A stretch of 64,000 bases of DNA from contig RSEE01000057.1 of NCBI GenBank assembly GCA_003971905.1, positions 186,001 to 250,000 of the forward strand. Reading direction: 5' to 3'. How positions within the stretch are numbered: position 1 is the first letter of the stretch; each line of letters opens with the position of its first letter. Shown one piece after another: positions 36,162 through 48,696 of this stretch. Position numbers and translations under genes: made by a program. The notes beneath the pieces are model-generated. The model made no database searches, had not been told where the DNA came from, and was given only the letters and a program-made list of their open reading frames with translations. Source of the DNA: Moniliella sp. 'wahieum' (Eukaryota).

Positions 36162-37931
36162 TTACAGGTCTTCATGTGCTTGCAAGTACTCAGTTGCACT
36201 TGCTGGTGGTGAAGAGGAGGAGGAGGAGGTTGTTTGGGCATTTTGGAAGTCCTTTTCCTTTGGGGGTAAAGGTGGGTTGGCCAAGGGATGGTGAACGTCC
36301 CGGGCAGTACTGGACTGAGGCCGGATGGGCTGCTCAACGTTGAGCGTTTGTTGGTACATGGCACGGAAACGTTCAACCGCTTTGAGGCTTTCAGCAAGCC
36401 GATTCGCCGTATTTACCAAGGCGACCAATTCGGACCGCTGGAGGAAACGATGGGTACCATGTGCCGTCTCCTGGTCATCGTAGGCAAACAAGATCTTAAG
36501 CGCTGTTGCCACTCCGCTCGTCTGCACCTTGCCCCACAACCGGCACTTGTCGCACCCGACACAGTCCATGATCGCCGTCACGTTGCGGAAGCGGTGCTTG
36601 AATTCTTCCCGCAGCCCCACCGCATCCGGTCCCGAAAACATCGTTCGTTCATCAAACGTGGGTTTGAGCTTGGTCGCCGAACGGAGGAGCTGGTCAAACG
36701 CCGTTTTGCTCGCCTCGTCGTCCATCTCGTTTCCGGCGGTGGTGATGGTAAAGTTGGGTTGGAGAGCAGCCTGTTCGCCTACCCGCGCAAGCGCACGTAA
36801 AAACAGGACATAATCAAAGTACAGGTTTTGCAACCGCTCGGGAAAGTTGGCGATCCGAGACCGGAAGCATTGCTCGTTGGGCCCCCATTGGCCCGTTTCC
36901 TTGTCCAGATAGTCATCACAAATGTGGATCGAGATGGAGGCATGAAGACCACTGATGATCCGGTAAAATACGCGCTTCTCCAAGCACGTGTCGCTCTCCG
37001 TCTCGGGGCTGACTTCGACCGGGTCAGGCTGCATGGCCGAGAGGAAGGAGGCAAATGCTTGTGAAGCAGCTGGGTTAAGGGACATGTCGGAGTTGAAGCC
37101 TGTGCCCGAGGGGGGCGACGCCAAAACAGGCACCCCTACTGCCTTACCTGGCACCCCAAAGCAGTTCTCCTCGTAAATGCTGTGCCACACTTGCGCCGCT
37201 GAAGGCCCACTGTAGCCCGTGAAGCGTTCGGGGTTTTGTTGCAGGTCAACAAAACAGCATCGGGGGAGTTTACGTCGTCCCAGTGACAAAAGTTGGTCTC
37301 GTCACATTGACAAGAAGACGCTCCCGTGCCCCCACTTAGGTGGGCAACAACTTCGTCCGGTGTGGTAGAAACAGCAGAAAGCGTGCTGGTCCGGTATTTT
37401 TCTGGTACGTCCGACTGTGGGTGACAGAGAAAATGAGAGGTGGGGAGAAGGAAAAGGGTAAGAGTCAGAGGGGAGAAGCGACCAGTGAGGAAAGTAGATA
37501 CGAACCTCGTCAAGGGTCTGAACAGCACAGTTTTCGTTGGTGCAGAACGAGTTGGCGGGCCAAAAGGGACATGCCTTGTCCAGGTCGATCTTGTAATAGC
37601 GGAAATAGGGAGTGGCGACAATGGCTTGGAGCTGGGTGAAGAAGTCGTCGTTGATTTGGTCGACCTGCTCGTAATTGCACTCAGCGTTCTCGATGGGCCC
37701 GCGCAAGGTGCAGTTGGACAAGGGTCCCTCGAACAGGTCCTCGGTTGCCGCGGTCCGCAAGTTGCCTGGTGGCGTAGCTAGCAACGCGTCCGATAGTACT
37801 GAAGGCAGATGAGACTGTGCGTCGCCGCCCACAGCAAACGAGAGAAGGAAGGACAAGACGACAGCCCCGATCCCCATCGCCAGGGCGGCCCAAGACCTAC
37901 GCGTGGGGAACATTGGTGCTCTGGATGCCAT
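36162..37931 (-). CDS. ERO1: ER oxidoreductin 1
   Basis: N-terminal hydrophobic segment; YFRYYKIDLDKACPFW; VDLQQNPERFTGY; CLEKRVFYRIISGLHASIS; MDCVGCDKCRLWGK (CxxCxxC); C-terminal HEDL. Intron 37415-37505; frameshift ~37260. Confidence 0.95.
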
Positions 37932-38012
37932 GGCGCTGGATGGTGGCGGAGGCAGGTGCGGGTAGGATGCCGGGGCTAGCCAAAAATCTATTTATCCCCG
38001 AAGCCGCCGGAA

Positions 38013-38073
38013 GCCACGTGGCGCGCCAGCAATTTAACTGTGGGCACCCTCCACGCGGCCCGATTCCACGTGG
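38013..38073. promoter_or_regulatory. Two CCACGTGG boxes (UPRE/G-box-like) upstream of ERO1
   Basis: GCCACGTGGC at 38013-38022 and CCACGTGG at 38066-38073, 80-140 bp upstream of the ERO1 ATG; TATA-like ATAAATAG on the minus strand at ~37988-37995. Confidence 0.4.
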
Positions 38074-38628
38074 CCGGGTGGATGGCAGGTTTTGTCGTGA
38101 TTAGGTAACAGGCTGCGGAGCTGCTGAAAGAAAAACTTTGACATCGCAACCTGCCACACCAAGTTTCAAATGCCGAATGGGAGCGAACGAGGCGGAAGGG
38201 GGCAGAACCAAGCGGAACGGAGGGCGGAGAGTGGAGCAGAGGCACACGTACTCAGGGAGAGTGCCTGGCCTACTGACCCGCGGATGTCCACGCCATACAC
38301 CACCACCACGCGCCACTGCTATCACACACCACCACAACTAGCGCGATTGCGTCACTGTGGAGCGGTCAACCGTGACTCCAGGGGTCATTCCGCCATGCCT
38401 AGTGCTCGCGGCCTGCTGTCTTGCCTTGCCTCCTGCACACCATGCATGTAACGGCTGCAGCCAGCCCACATACTTGCACCACCTTTCTCTTGGCATGGCG
38501 GGGGCTCTCTTGGGATCACATGGCCTGCGGTGGTGCGTGACCTTGCGTGCCCCCTCACCGTTTTGGCTTATAATATGAACTCGAGGGACTTTTTGCCTGA
38601 CCAGGCAAGCATGCCCTTGCCGATGGCC

Positions 38629-38696
38629 GCCGGGGACAGCTGGAGTGGCAATGGCCGGGGATAGCTGGAGTGACAATGGCCGGGGACAGCTGGAGT
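38629..38696 (+). repeat. 25-bp tandem minisatellite, about 2.7 copies
   Basis: GCCGGGGAYAGCTGGAGTGRCAATG units start at 38629, 38654 and 38679. Confidence 0.85.
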
Positions 38697-39987
38697 TGTT
38701 GGAACCACCTTGCCTGTTGCATTCCTCCCGAACCATGGCTGTGCAGATGGGATTGGGATTGAGACTGAGTACTGAATACTGAATAGTCAGTGCGTGACCT
38801 GGCTGTAGCGGGTACCTGGAGACCTTGAGGGGGAGTGATACATGATGCATGATGAGCTCTTTCTTTGTTCGTTCTATCCCGCTTGTCCATGAGAGAGCTA
38901 CTCGCCAATTTCCCCCCCATTCCGCCTCGTGTCCACCTGGTACGCAGGCTTGGAGAAGGTGGACAAGCTTGGTGCCTACCAACATAGTGTAGCCCCCCGC
39001 GAAGTAAACCCGGACCCTCGTCTTGTTGTCTGTCCTCCTTCAAGGAAAGAAGATGCCAACAGCGGCAAAATATTCCTGATCCCCATATTCTCCAGATCGG
39101 CCGTTCCAGTAGTAGCAATGACGCAGATCATGCATGTGACATGTGATGATCTAGCAGTGTCACATTATGTCACGGCCATGTATATAGAAACGACACCAAC
39201 AAAAAGATACGCCGATGAGAGGCTCTGTCGCAATGTCCAGCTTGCTGATGTTCCCAATCACATAATCACCCACAGAATATGCACCCACCAACCAACATCG
39301 AACCGCCACCACGGTGGCCAGCGCCAGCGTTTCGACAGCCAACTACACCCAAACCGCCGGAGTGTTTGATTGGTACTGGGCAGGGGGTGGTGTGGGGCAG
39401 ATGAAGGAGGGGACCGGGTGACCGTTGTTGATCTTCGACTTGACCAACATCTACGATGAACTATGTCAGACTCACGTCGTGCTAGGGGGCCCTTGGCCCA
39501 CTAGGCCCGCATGGGCACTATGGCGTGATTCTTATCAGTTGGGAGATCCTGTGTCCACCTCTCGACTGTGCCCCCTTCCTGAGGAGGTACATATACCTCC
39601 TGTGCGTCCATAGATGTATGCAATCCATCTGCACCCTTTCCCCCATCTCCGTCTCCTGACAGGTTATGAGCCCAATGTGCTTCATGCATCCTGTCTTGCA
39701 TCTCACCGTGGAGATCTGCCGCCTTCTAGAGTGCTGTGCCGGTGCGCAGCGCGCATGTGCCATGCATCCATTGGTAGTGCATCATACTATCACGCATCAG
39801 TACATGAGCATTGCCTTGCTAGCTACTAGGTACCCGGCATCTGCTGTGCCCCCCACCCCCACCGGCCCCGGCGGCTACGCTGCCGTCGCCTGATCTCAGG
39901 CCTCAACCTGAGGCCAGCGTCTGCCGGGCGGCCGACGCGGCGGGCCATGCACAAGGCGAGGCGAGCAAAGCAAAGCCATCAGTAATT

Positions 39988-40392
39988 TATCAGTACTGAG
40001 ACTCAGTACTGCAGTACTCAAGCTGCCAAATAAAATCCAGCCGAGATCGCCGCCGCCACAGCAGATCACGGGGTGGCGCACACCCGCACCAAGCCAGTGT
40101 CGGCGCCTGTTTCGCTCGCCAGCACGCCCACCCAGCACGCCGACAGTGTTTGGGGCACTGGCGCCGGGCAGGGGAATGATCGATGATTGATGATCGATCT
40201 GATCGAGGAGCCGGCGAGGGAAGCGACATGGAGCTCTTCAAGACGACGCAAAGCCCCCCCACCCAAGTAAGAAGAGCGAAGCTGAGCGCGGTGCGCAGCA
40301 GCCTGCCGTGTGCTTGCAGCTACACGGCAGGCGGCATCCTTGGCGGGCGCGGTGACTGGCGGTGACTAGTGACTAGTGACTAGTGACTAGTG
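39988..40392. repeat. Small TNA + palindrome heptamer cluster upstream of the aspartic protease
   Basis: TCAGTACTGA/TCAGTACT at ~39990-40020; TGATCGA units 40177-40206; perfect (TGACTAG)4 at 40363-40390. Confidence 0.85.
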
Positions 40393-40897
40393 GCTGGGTG
40401 GCCTGGGGCGGCTTGTTTTGTGTGCTGCGCATGTGGTGGGTTGTGGTGGGTTGTGGTGAGTGGTGGTGGGCTGTGGCAGGTTGTTCCGGTTGCTCCTCTG
40501 CGGCTTGCGTACCGGCAGGCAGGCGTTTGCCTTCCTTGGCGCTGTGCTCAGCCGAAGAGCCGTCGACTCAAAAGGGCAGCTCAGCCAACGGCCTGAGCGC
40601 CTGCGCGCGGCACAAGTAGAGAGCGTCCGTGGGGTGATCGGACGGTCATCGATCCCGATCGTCCCTCATCTGTTCCTCATCCACTCCGTCCCCCGGCCGC
40701 CGCGGAGGCAGCACTTGCAGGCACACACATTGGCCGCCCGACCTGACACAACCTTTGCGCCCATCATTTAGTACCGTTTCCCCGTTGCGCAACGCATGGC
40801 CCCTGTGTCTGCCACACACCCATCCCATCTGTCGTTTGCGCAGTCCATAGCGCGTGCTCTCTCCTTCCTCCTCCCCACCACCATCTCCCGTGCCAGG

Positions 40898-42959
40898 ATG
40901 CGTGCCCCGGTCGTCGCTGCCATCCTGGCTGGCGGTGCCGTCGCCGCAGCAACCACCACCATCCCCCTCCGGCTCACCAATCCCCCCCTTCTGGACGCTG
41001 CTACCAATGCCGACCCGCAGCTGCGCGGTCGCCTGGTGCGCGAGGCCAGTCGCATCCAGGCCCGCTTCGGATCCTCCCCCCAAACCCCTGCGTCGGGACT
41101 GGCACCGCGATCCCAAGCGCAGCTCTACGATCTTGCCAGGGATAGGTACGTTCCCCCCCCCCAGCAGGCGCAGGCCATGGCTTTCCCTTTCCCTGCTGTC
41201 TGGTTACGGACAACACTGACCATCCCCCTACGGGACCGTATCAAGCTTTTACGTCATGGACGTTGAGGTCGGCACGCCTCCACAGACCGTCTCCCTCTTG
41301 TGCGACACTGCAAGCTCCGACATCATCATCGCCACAGAAGCCTGCCACACCGCTGCCTGTGCGGGCCTAACCAAATTCCTTCCGGCCCAGTCGTCGTCGC
41401 TCCAAAACAGCACCCAAGCATTTTCCATTACCTATGGCTCGGGCGGAGCAACGGGAGCGATGGCGTCGGACGTGATCTCTGTTGGTGGATATACCGTGGT
41501 AAATCAGGGCTTTGCGCTGATCGATCAATTACTCTCCGGCACCGTTTCTGCGCCCACCTCGGGCATCTTTGGTCTGGGCCTACAGCAGCTCTCAGCAGCC
41601 GGAGTAACGCCCTTTGCCCAGGTTCTGGCCAAGGAAAACGTGCTGCGTGAGCCCGTGTTCAGCATCCAGGTCGGCCGGGCTGGCGATACGACGAAATGGG
41701 CCAATACATCCCTTCTACTTCCACTTCCACCGCCCAGGCCGATGGACAGGCCCAGCAGGAGGACCTCCTGGGCGGAATCTTTACGCTTGGTTCCCTCGAT
41801 CCGAGCCAATATGACGGGCAGCTCAACTGGATTGACGTTCCGGCTCGAACGACGAGCATGGGCTACTGGAGTGTCCCGCTGCAGCAGATACGACTGAATG
41901 GGACAGCTGAAACGATCGACTTGATCGCCTGTCTCGACCTTGGTACCACCTATCTTGCCGGTCCCCCCGACTTTGTTGAGCGGTTTTATGCTCAGATTGA
42001 CGGAAGTGCACGGCAAGACGATTTTGCGCCAGGCCGGTATTCCTTCCCCTGTGACACCAAGGTCAACTTGACCTTGACCTTTGGTGGGGTAGAATATCCT
42101 ATCAACGCAACCGACTTTAATGGGGGCACGATCAACAATGGCACCGATTGCCTCGGTGCCTTCTTTGCTTCCAGTGGTCTTTCCTCTTCGCCGTCCAACG
42201 CTCCTTCCTTTATCATTGGTGCGACCTTTTTGAAAAATGTGTTTTTCGCCGGCAACCTGTCTGCTCCTTCTGTGGCGCTGGCCCCACTCAAAGGTGGTAG
42301 GGCCCAAGCAGTGGCCACCGACGTTCCCAATACCACCATCGTCACCGCCTCGAAGGCAATGACGCCCACCACCAGCACACTTTCCCATAAGGGGCCCGTG
42401 TCCAGCTCCATTGGTCTGCCCCCGTCCATGTCGAGTGGGTTAACGACGCAGTTTGCCACCGTTACCTCCGATCAACCTTCGGGTCCAGGACTGGGCCAGG
42501 CCACCGCGACTCCCGCGTCTACCGGTGCGGCCGAGGGAGCTGTCTCGGTGCGCCCTCGACGGGCTTGCTACCACGTCGACGACACAACCGACAAGTGTTG
42601 CCACACCAGTAGCGGCGGCGGGGTACGTACTGGCCCAGGATGCCACCTCCCTATCCTCCTCTACCTCTCTCTCTGTTGGTAGTGGCAGTATCCTGGCAAC
42701 CGCCTCAGATGGCAGTCTGTTCGCCTCCTCCACTGCGCCCTTTACCTCGGTCTCGGTCAAGGCGACGGGGGCAAGTGGAACACGAGTGTACTGGCCATCA
42801 GGTCTGTCGTCCCCGCAAGGGTTTGCCAACTCGGACCGGGCAGCGGCGTCGATGATCCTGCATGGCAAGCCGAATTCAGCTTCGGAGGCGCGTCGCGCGC
42901 GCTTGGAGCTGGCAGCCACCGCGGCGGGCATTGGCATGGCAATCCGGTTGCTGCTCTAA
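40898..42959 (+). CDS. Secreted pepsin-family (A1) aspartic protease with Ser/Thr-rich tail and probable GPI signal
   Basis: Signal peptide MRAPVVAAILAGGAVAA; intron 41146-41245; YVMDVEVGTPPQ; CDTASSD; FSITYGSG flap; SGIFGLG; LDLGTT; FIIGATFLKNV; S/T-rich stalk; hydrophobic C-terminus LAATAAGIGMAIRLLL*. Frameshifts ~41700 and ~42550. Confidence 0.85.
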
Positions 42960-44068
42960 GCTCTACCCCTGACCAAGGCGCAACGCTGACTCCTATGCCC
43001 ACCTCGCATCTCGTTCTGCTCTCCTATCTGCTCTCGGCCATCTTCTCTCCAAGTCTCCAAACGCTGGAAACGACACTGGACATTTTTTTGCTGCTATCCA
43101 TTTATCCATTATCCACCCCCATCACCCCTCTGTATCCACCCAAAGCCTACACCAGGAGTCGCCATTCGCTTCTCCGCCTTTTTGCCCGCTTGCTGATGCG
43201 GTGTTGCACAGGGGCGCGTGCACTGCATCTTTCTCGTTCATTCGTTTCCTCCCTTGTCGCCTCTGCTGGCTAACATGTAGCCAGCACCAGAGGCGGACCA
43301 GCATGCAATCCATCCACATACCTTGGCATTCCGTCTGGTCATCTGCAGAGTGCACTTAGGCTGGAGCAGGGCAGAGCCAGGGCCGTATTGCGTTTCCTGA
43401 AAGAGCAAGAACATTCGCTAGCCTTCGTAGCTCAGGGATAGTGATGGTTTGTATAAAGTCCTCCACAGGCAGAGTACTATAACGATGATGCAGATGATGG
43501 ATGCGTCTTCGTCTTGCCCTATCTGTCGAAGATGCGATCCCACATCCCACATCTCACATCTCACATGGCACGTCAGAGAGGGGCCGTGAACACTGGCGAT
43601 GAGACGGGACGCTGGTGCTCGGGAGACAGCGTGCCTGCCTCGGGAGAGTCCGTCTGGGTTGGGGCAGCAAGTGCGGCGTGGTGAGGGTGGTGAGGCGGCC
43701 ATTGAATGCTCGCTGGCCGATGGGTAGCGGAGCGCTGGTGGGGCGGATGTGACGCATGTGACGTCGATCGAGTCATGCAGCTGCATTCAGGGACTAGGGA
43801 GTGACTCGACCACGTCGCTGCGTTTTGAAATGTTCTGCGCAAGAAAGCCATGCGATGAGGCGGCGCTGGCTGGGAACCGGCCGCCAGTAGCTAGCAACTA
43901 GCAGGACGGGCCACCGCTGCCAAGGCCAGGCTGTACGCTGCAAGCTGCAAGCGGGACCGTACAGACGCAGCCACAGGTGCGTCCGTGGGCGCACCACTAC
44001 TTATGCCGCCCTCCTCCGCCCTGCTGCGCCCGCCATCGTCCGCGCGCTTCCTGGCCGTGTGAGCTGCG

Positions 44069-47000
44069 ATGGACACGATGGATACGCGCGTCGACGCTCT
44101 GCTGGCTGCCGTCGACGCTGTGCTGCGCTCCACCCTCACTGCCCTCGGCCGCGAGCCGGCGCTGCGCAAGGTGCTCGCCGCCTACGCCCACGCCAGCCAC
44201 CTCGGGCGCGGCCGAGGGTGCGCCCTTTGACCAGCTTACCAAGGCCGCCCGTCCTATCCTTGCCGATGCCGGCGCCGGAAAGCGTGCGGCGACGGAGCTG
44301 ATGGCCAAGTGGAAAACGATCGCCTCGGAGGCGCTACCTTCGGGCCCCGATGTCCCTCCCGTGGGCGTACCCCTGACGCCTGCGACCGCCGCTCCAGCCC
44401 CGCCTTTGCCGCCGGACCAGGTTGCGGCCAAGGTGGAGACGCTGATGGGTGGCATTGACGCCACATTGCTGAGCACCCTGCGCGCCTTGCGCACCGACGC
44501 CTCGCTCCGCACCGTCCTAGCCACCTACGTCCAGGCCTCAGCTTCGGACCCCACCCAAGCCTTTGCCGTGCTTACCACCAAGGCTCGCCCCATCTTGTCG
44601 GATGCTGGGTCTGGGAAGCGGGTTGCCAACGACCTCCTGGACGCATGGAAGGACCAACTAGCCTCTCCTGCAGCCACTGCTACAACCCCCCTCCACACCG
44701 CTCCCCCTGCCTCGCCGCCTCGTTCTGGTCCCTCGCCTCCGACCAAGCCCAAGCCCCCAAGGCATCCGCCGCCTCGGCCCCCGCCCCTCCAGCCTCGGTA
44801 TCGTCTGCTGTACAAGAGACAGGCGCCAGTCCCTCCGCTGCTGTCGACTTGGACCTATCCGAGCTGGTCGATGCTCTTCCTGGCTCGGGAGCCGGACCAA
44901 AGATTATCGCTACGAGCCAGGTATCTCGTTTTGCCCTGGATGCCACTGACACGGCGTCGCGCGAGGTGCGTGTTTCCTCCCTTTCCTTTTGGTTGTAATT
45001 TTGGGCGGGGAGCGAGACCGATTGGAATCGGCTTACTGACACGGGTGAAAACGCTAGCTTGACTTGAAGGACGTCAACTTGGCCATTGCGGGGCACGAAA
45101 TCTTGGCGGGTGCCCATTTGCGTTTAAAGGAAGGCGTGCACTATGTCATGTACGGCCGCAATGGCACGGGCAAATCCACCTTGCTCAAAAGCATTGCCGA
45201 TCGTTTAATCCCCGCCGTACCACGTACTTTGCGCATTCTCCTTGTTTCCCAGGTAGAGCATGATCTGTTGGTCAACCCTCCACCAGCGACCAGCGGCGAC
45301 ACAGCCACCTCTGCCCCTCTCTCCACCTTATCTACCGTCCTCCTGGCCGATCGGGAACGGGTGCGTCTCGAGGCTTCCGCCGCATCCTTGGCTGCCGCAC
45401 TGGATGACCCGGACGAAGGCCAAGTGGCACGTGCACAGGCACAGTATGACGTGCAGCAAGCTCGGCACGCGCTGGCCGAAGCCAAACGGCACGCACTCCA
45501 ACGTACCGGTGCACGGGGGAGTGAGGCTCGGCGCGAGCTGAATGCGGCGGAAGTTGAGTTGGACGCGGCGATGGCTCAAGTCAGCGCGTTGCAACCGGGC
45601 AGTGGGACACTGGAGCAGCAGCTGAAGAAGCGGCCGTGGCGGGAAGACGCAGCGACGACGTACACGAGCTTGGTGACGCTTTTGGAGGAAACGTTTGATG
45701 TGGCCAGTGCAGAAGCGCGTGCAGCCGAACTGCTTCATGGTCTTGGCTTTAGCCAAACCCAAATTACAGGACCGTACGCCAACTTGTCTGGAGGCTGGAA
45801 GGCTCGTGCGGCGCTGGCATCTGCGCTGCTCAAGCCAAGTGATATTCTGTTGCTGGATGAGCCGACGAATTACCTGGATCTGCCTGCGGTCCTCTGGCTC
45901 GAACGCTTCATCTCCGAAGCAACGGCGACAGTGGTGGTGGTGAGCCACGACCGTGCGTTTGTGGATAGTGTGGCGGAGGAAGTGATCATTCTACGGCACC
46001 AAAAGTTGACCTATTTTGAAGGCAACTTGACTGCCTACGAAACTGATCTCGCCCGCCGCCGCCTTGCCTCGGCTCGACAACAGGCCACGCTCGACAAGAA
46101 GAAGGAGGCCATGACCAAATCGATTGCCGAGGGGTACAAGCGGGCCAAGGCTTCGCACGATGACAAGCGCATGAAACAAATCAAGATGAAGCAGCACAAG
46201 CTAGACGACCGCTGGGGGCTGGAACGGAGTGCCAAGGGTACCCGTTTCAAGCTGAACCGCGATCTGGCCGGATTCCACTTGACCACGCGTGGTGAGATTG
46301 AGCAGGATACGGCCGACGACGAAATTAGCTTTGCCTTCCCCGAACCGAACGACCTTCGGTTCCCCGGCGCAATGGTCCATGTGGACCATGCCACCTTTAC
46401 CTATCCAGGCGCCAAACTTGCCGCGCTGAGCGATGTGTCGCTGACGATTGGGGCCGGGGAACGGATTGCGCTAGTGGGGCAGAATGGGCAGGGGAAATCA
46501 ACGTTGGTCAAATTGATCATGGGGGCAGTGAGTGCGGATACGGGGCGAGTGGAGCGACATGCACGTGCCCGGATTGCCGTGTACGACCAAGACACGATTG
46601 AGAGTCTGTCGCGTCTGGCCAGCACGGGTCGGGACGCGCCCACTGCCCTCTCCTGGCTGGCGCAGCAGGTACAGGACGACCCTTCGGCCGCAGCTGCCGC
46701 GGGGACGGGCAAGGACATGACGCACCAGTTGCGTGCCACCCTGGCTCGCTTTGGTCTGCGTGGGCGCACGGCTGATGCGCAGCCACTTGCGTCGCTGAGT
46801 GGAGGTCAAAAGGTGCGTGTGGGGTTGGCGGCCGTGACGTGGTACGGTCCCCACCTCCTCGTGCTGGACGAAGCGACGCAGCATCTGGATTCGGATTCAG
46901 TGCGAGCGCTGGGCGAGGCGCTATGTTCGTTCCCGGGTGCTGTGCTGCTCGTTTCCCATGACCGAGCAGCTGTCAAGCGGTTGATGCAACCTGAAGTGGC

Positions 47001-47243
47001 TCTGGCCGATCGGTTAGGGCTGGAGGAGCAAACGAGGAAGACCCCGACCCTGCCACGCGCCATACGATCGACGAAGCTCGTCGCGTGCTGGCCGCTGTTG
47101 ATGGTGGAACCGCTACGGCTGAGCAGGCTGCTGACCCACTCTACCGACGCGGCCGAGTGTATGTGGTGCACCAAGGTCGGATCAAGTACTTGGCAGGCGG
47201 CGTCGATGCGTATGTACGCCAAGTGGAGAAGACACTGGCTTAA
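44069..47243 (+). CDS. ABC-F family ATPase (two NBDs, no TM domains; Gcn20-like) with duplicated N-terminal helical domain
   Basis: GRNGTGKST / LSGGWK / LLLDEPTNYLD / VSHDR and GQNGQGKST / LSGGQK / LVLDEATQHLD / VSHDR. Intron 44966-45057. N-terminal extension from ATG 44069 across frameshifts; corrected C-terminus GRVYVVHQGRIKYLAGGVDAYVRQVEKTLA*. Confidence 0.88.
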
Positions 47244-48696
47244 CGCGGCTGGGGAGGAAGCGGTCTCCCGCCGAGCCGAGGGGAATGGTCTGTGTGTTCA
47301 GTAGTGGGCTATTGAATCTCCAATTCATCCTCTTTTCCTGATCATAAACATGGGTTTCGCATCCCCCAGAGCAGCCCCATCTGCGTGCAAGGCAGCTTGG
47401 GGCTTGGGAGCGGCAGCCAGCATAGGCGCAACAGCACATGACGGAAGCACACCGGCACCTTGTACGTTCTCTCCCTCCGCTGCCTAGCTGAGCAGTGCGG
47501 CCACTGGAACCTCAGCCAGCCATGGTGCAAGGACTCTGAGTTAAGTTGTAGAGGAACAAGCGTTTGGTTTCGACCGATCTCCCTTTTGCTATGGAACCCT
47601 GACAACTCTAATATGGGGGACGAGGAGGACCACCGGGCCTACGGCCCGGTCGGCTGGGGCTTCGCCCCAGCTTGGTGCTGCGTCGCCACCTTAGCCACCG
47701 TTCCCCCGGGCCACCATTCCACGCTGGAACCCTTCCATGCTGGAAAGACGGAATAATATCACCGATGCTTGCTGGCAGTGGGTGGCTGGGAACGTGGCAC
47801 GGGGCAGGCTGATGTAAAAGTGCACGGTGGATCAATTTTGCGTATGTACCAGGGACGCACTCAAGAACCGTTTTTCCCCCTGGTTTTGACGACGCGAGGA
47901 TACTACGGCACCAAGACGGCGGGCAAGTTGTTTGCGCATTGGAAGGAGTTGGCTACTAAGTCTCAGTTGAAATGGTTCCTCGCTCGTATGTCAACCACGT
48001 TCCCTCCGTGTCCACACGCGCTTCCTAGGGTACGGGACCGGATGGCGAGAGCCGGAGGGTCCTGATATCCTGGCAATCCCCCTGGTTCCTTGACCTAGTT
48101 AGTGGCGCTTCCAACAACCCCCGCAAGATGAACGGTTCGGTTTAGACTAGCGTGCCCCTGTCCCGCCTTAAGCTCTGTCAATGGAATGCACACAACATAG
48201 AGATCTGTGGAAGTATGCAGTAAACGCGTGACATTCACAGTTACGGTTTACCAGAATGGTATTCGAGGCGAAGCTCACTCCTGCCCCCTCCCACAGCCCC
48301 CATCTACTCATGGCAGCGCTGCATCAACAATGGAAGAGTACAGACCCCCCAAGCTCGTAGGGGCGACCGAGACGAACGCCAATGCGCATGGGGAAAGAAA
48401 AACATGTGGGGGTATCGGCCCACAGGAAGCGAGGACAGAATGGGACAGAATGGAAGGTGTGTGCGAGTGCGAGAATCACGAGGCCCAATCAAGGCTAGGC
48501 TGGGCATGCAGAGAGGCGTCGATCAAAAAAGGACAACCAAGAGAACAGTCCAAAACAAAAGGGAGAAACAAGTGTATGTACGTGGAAGGGAACCCCGTAT
48601 TCAAGGAAACAGAGGGGAGGGGGGGGGGGCGCATTTGATCAACCTAATGCGAAGGTGCGGCCTGATTGCGCTAGTGCCCGTTTATCCGCAATGGTT

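Noticed and set aside
38629..38696. 25-bp direct repeats as a CRISPR array
   Set aside because: Units are directly adjacent with no unique spacers, there are no cas genes, and the context is eukaryotic.
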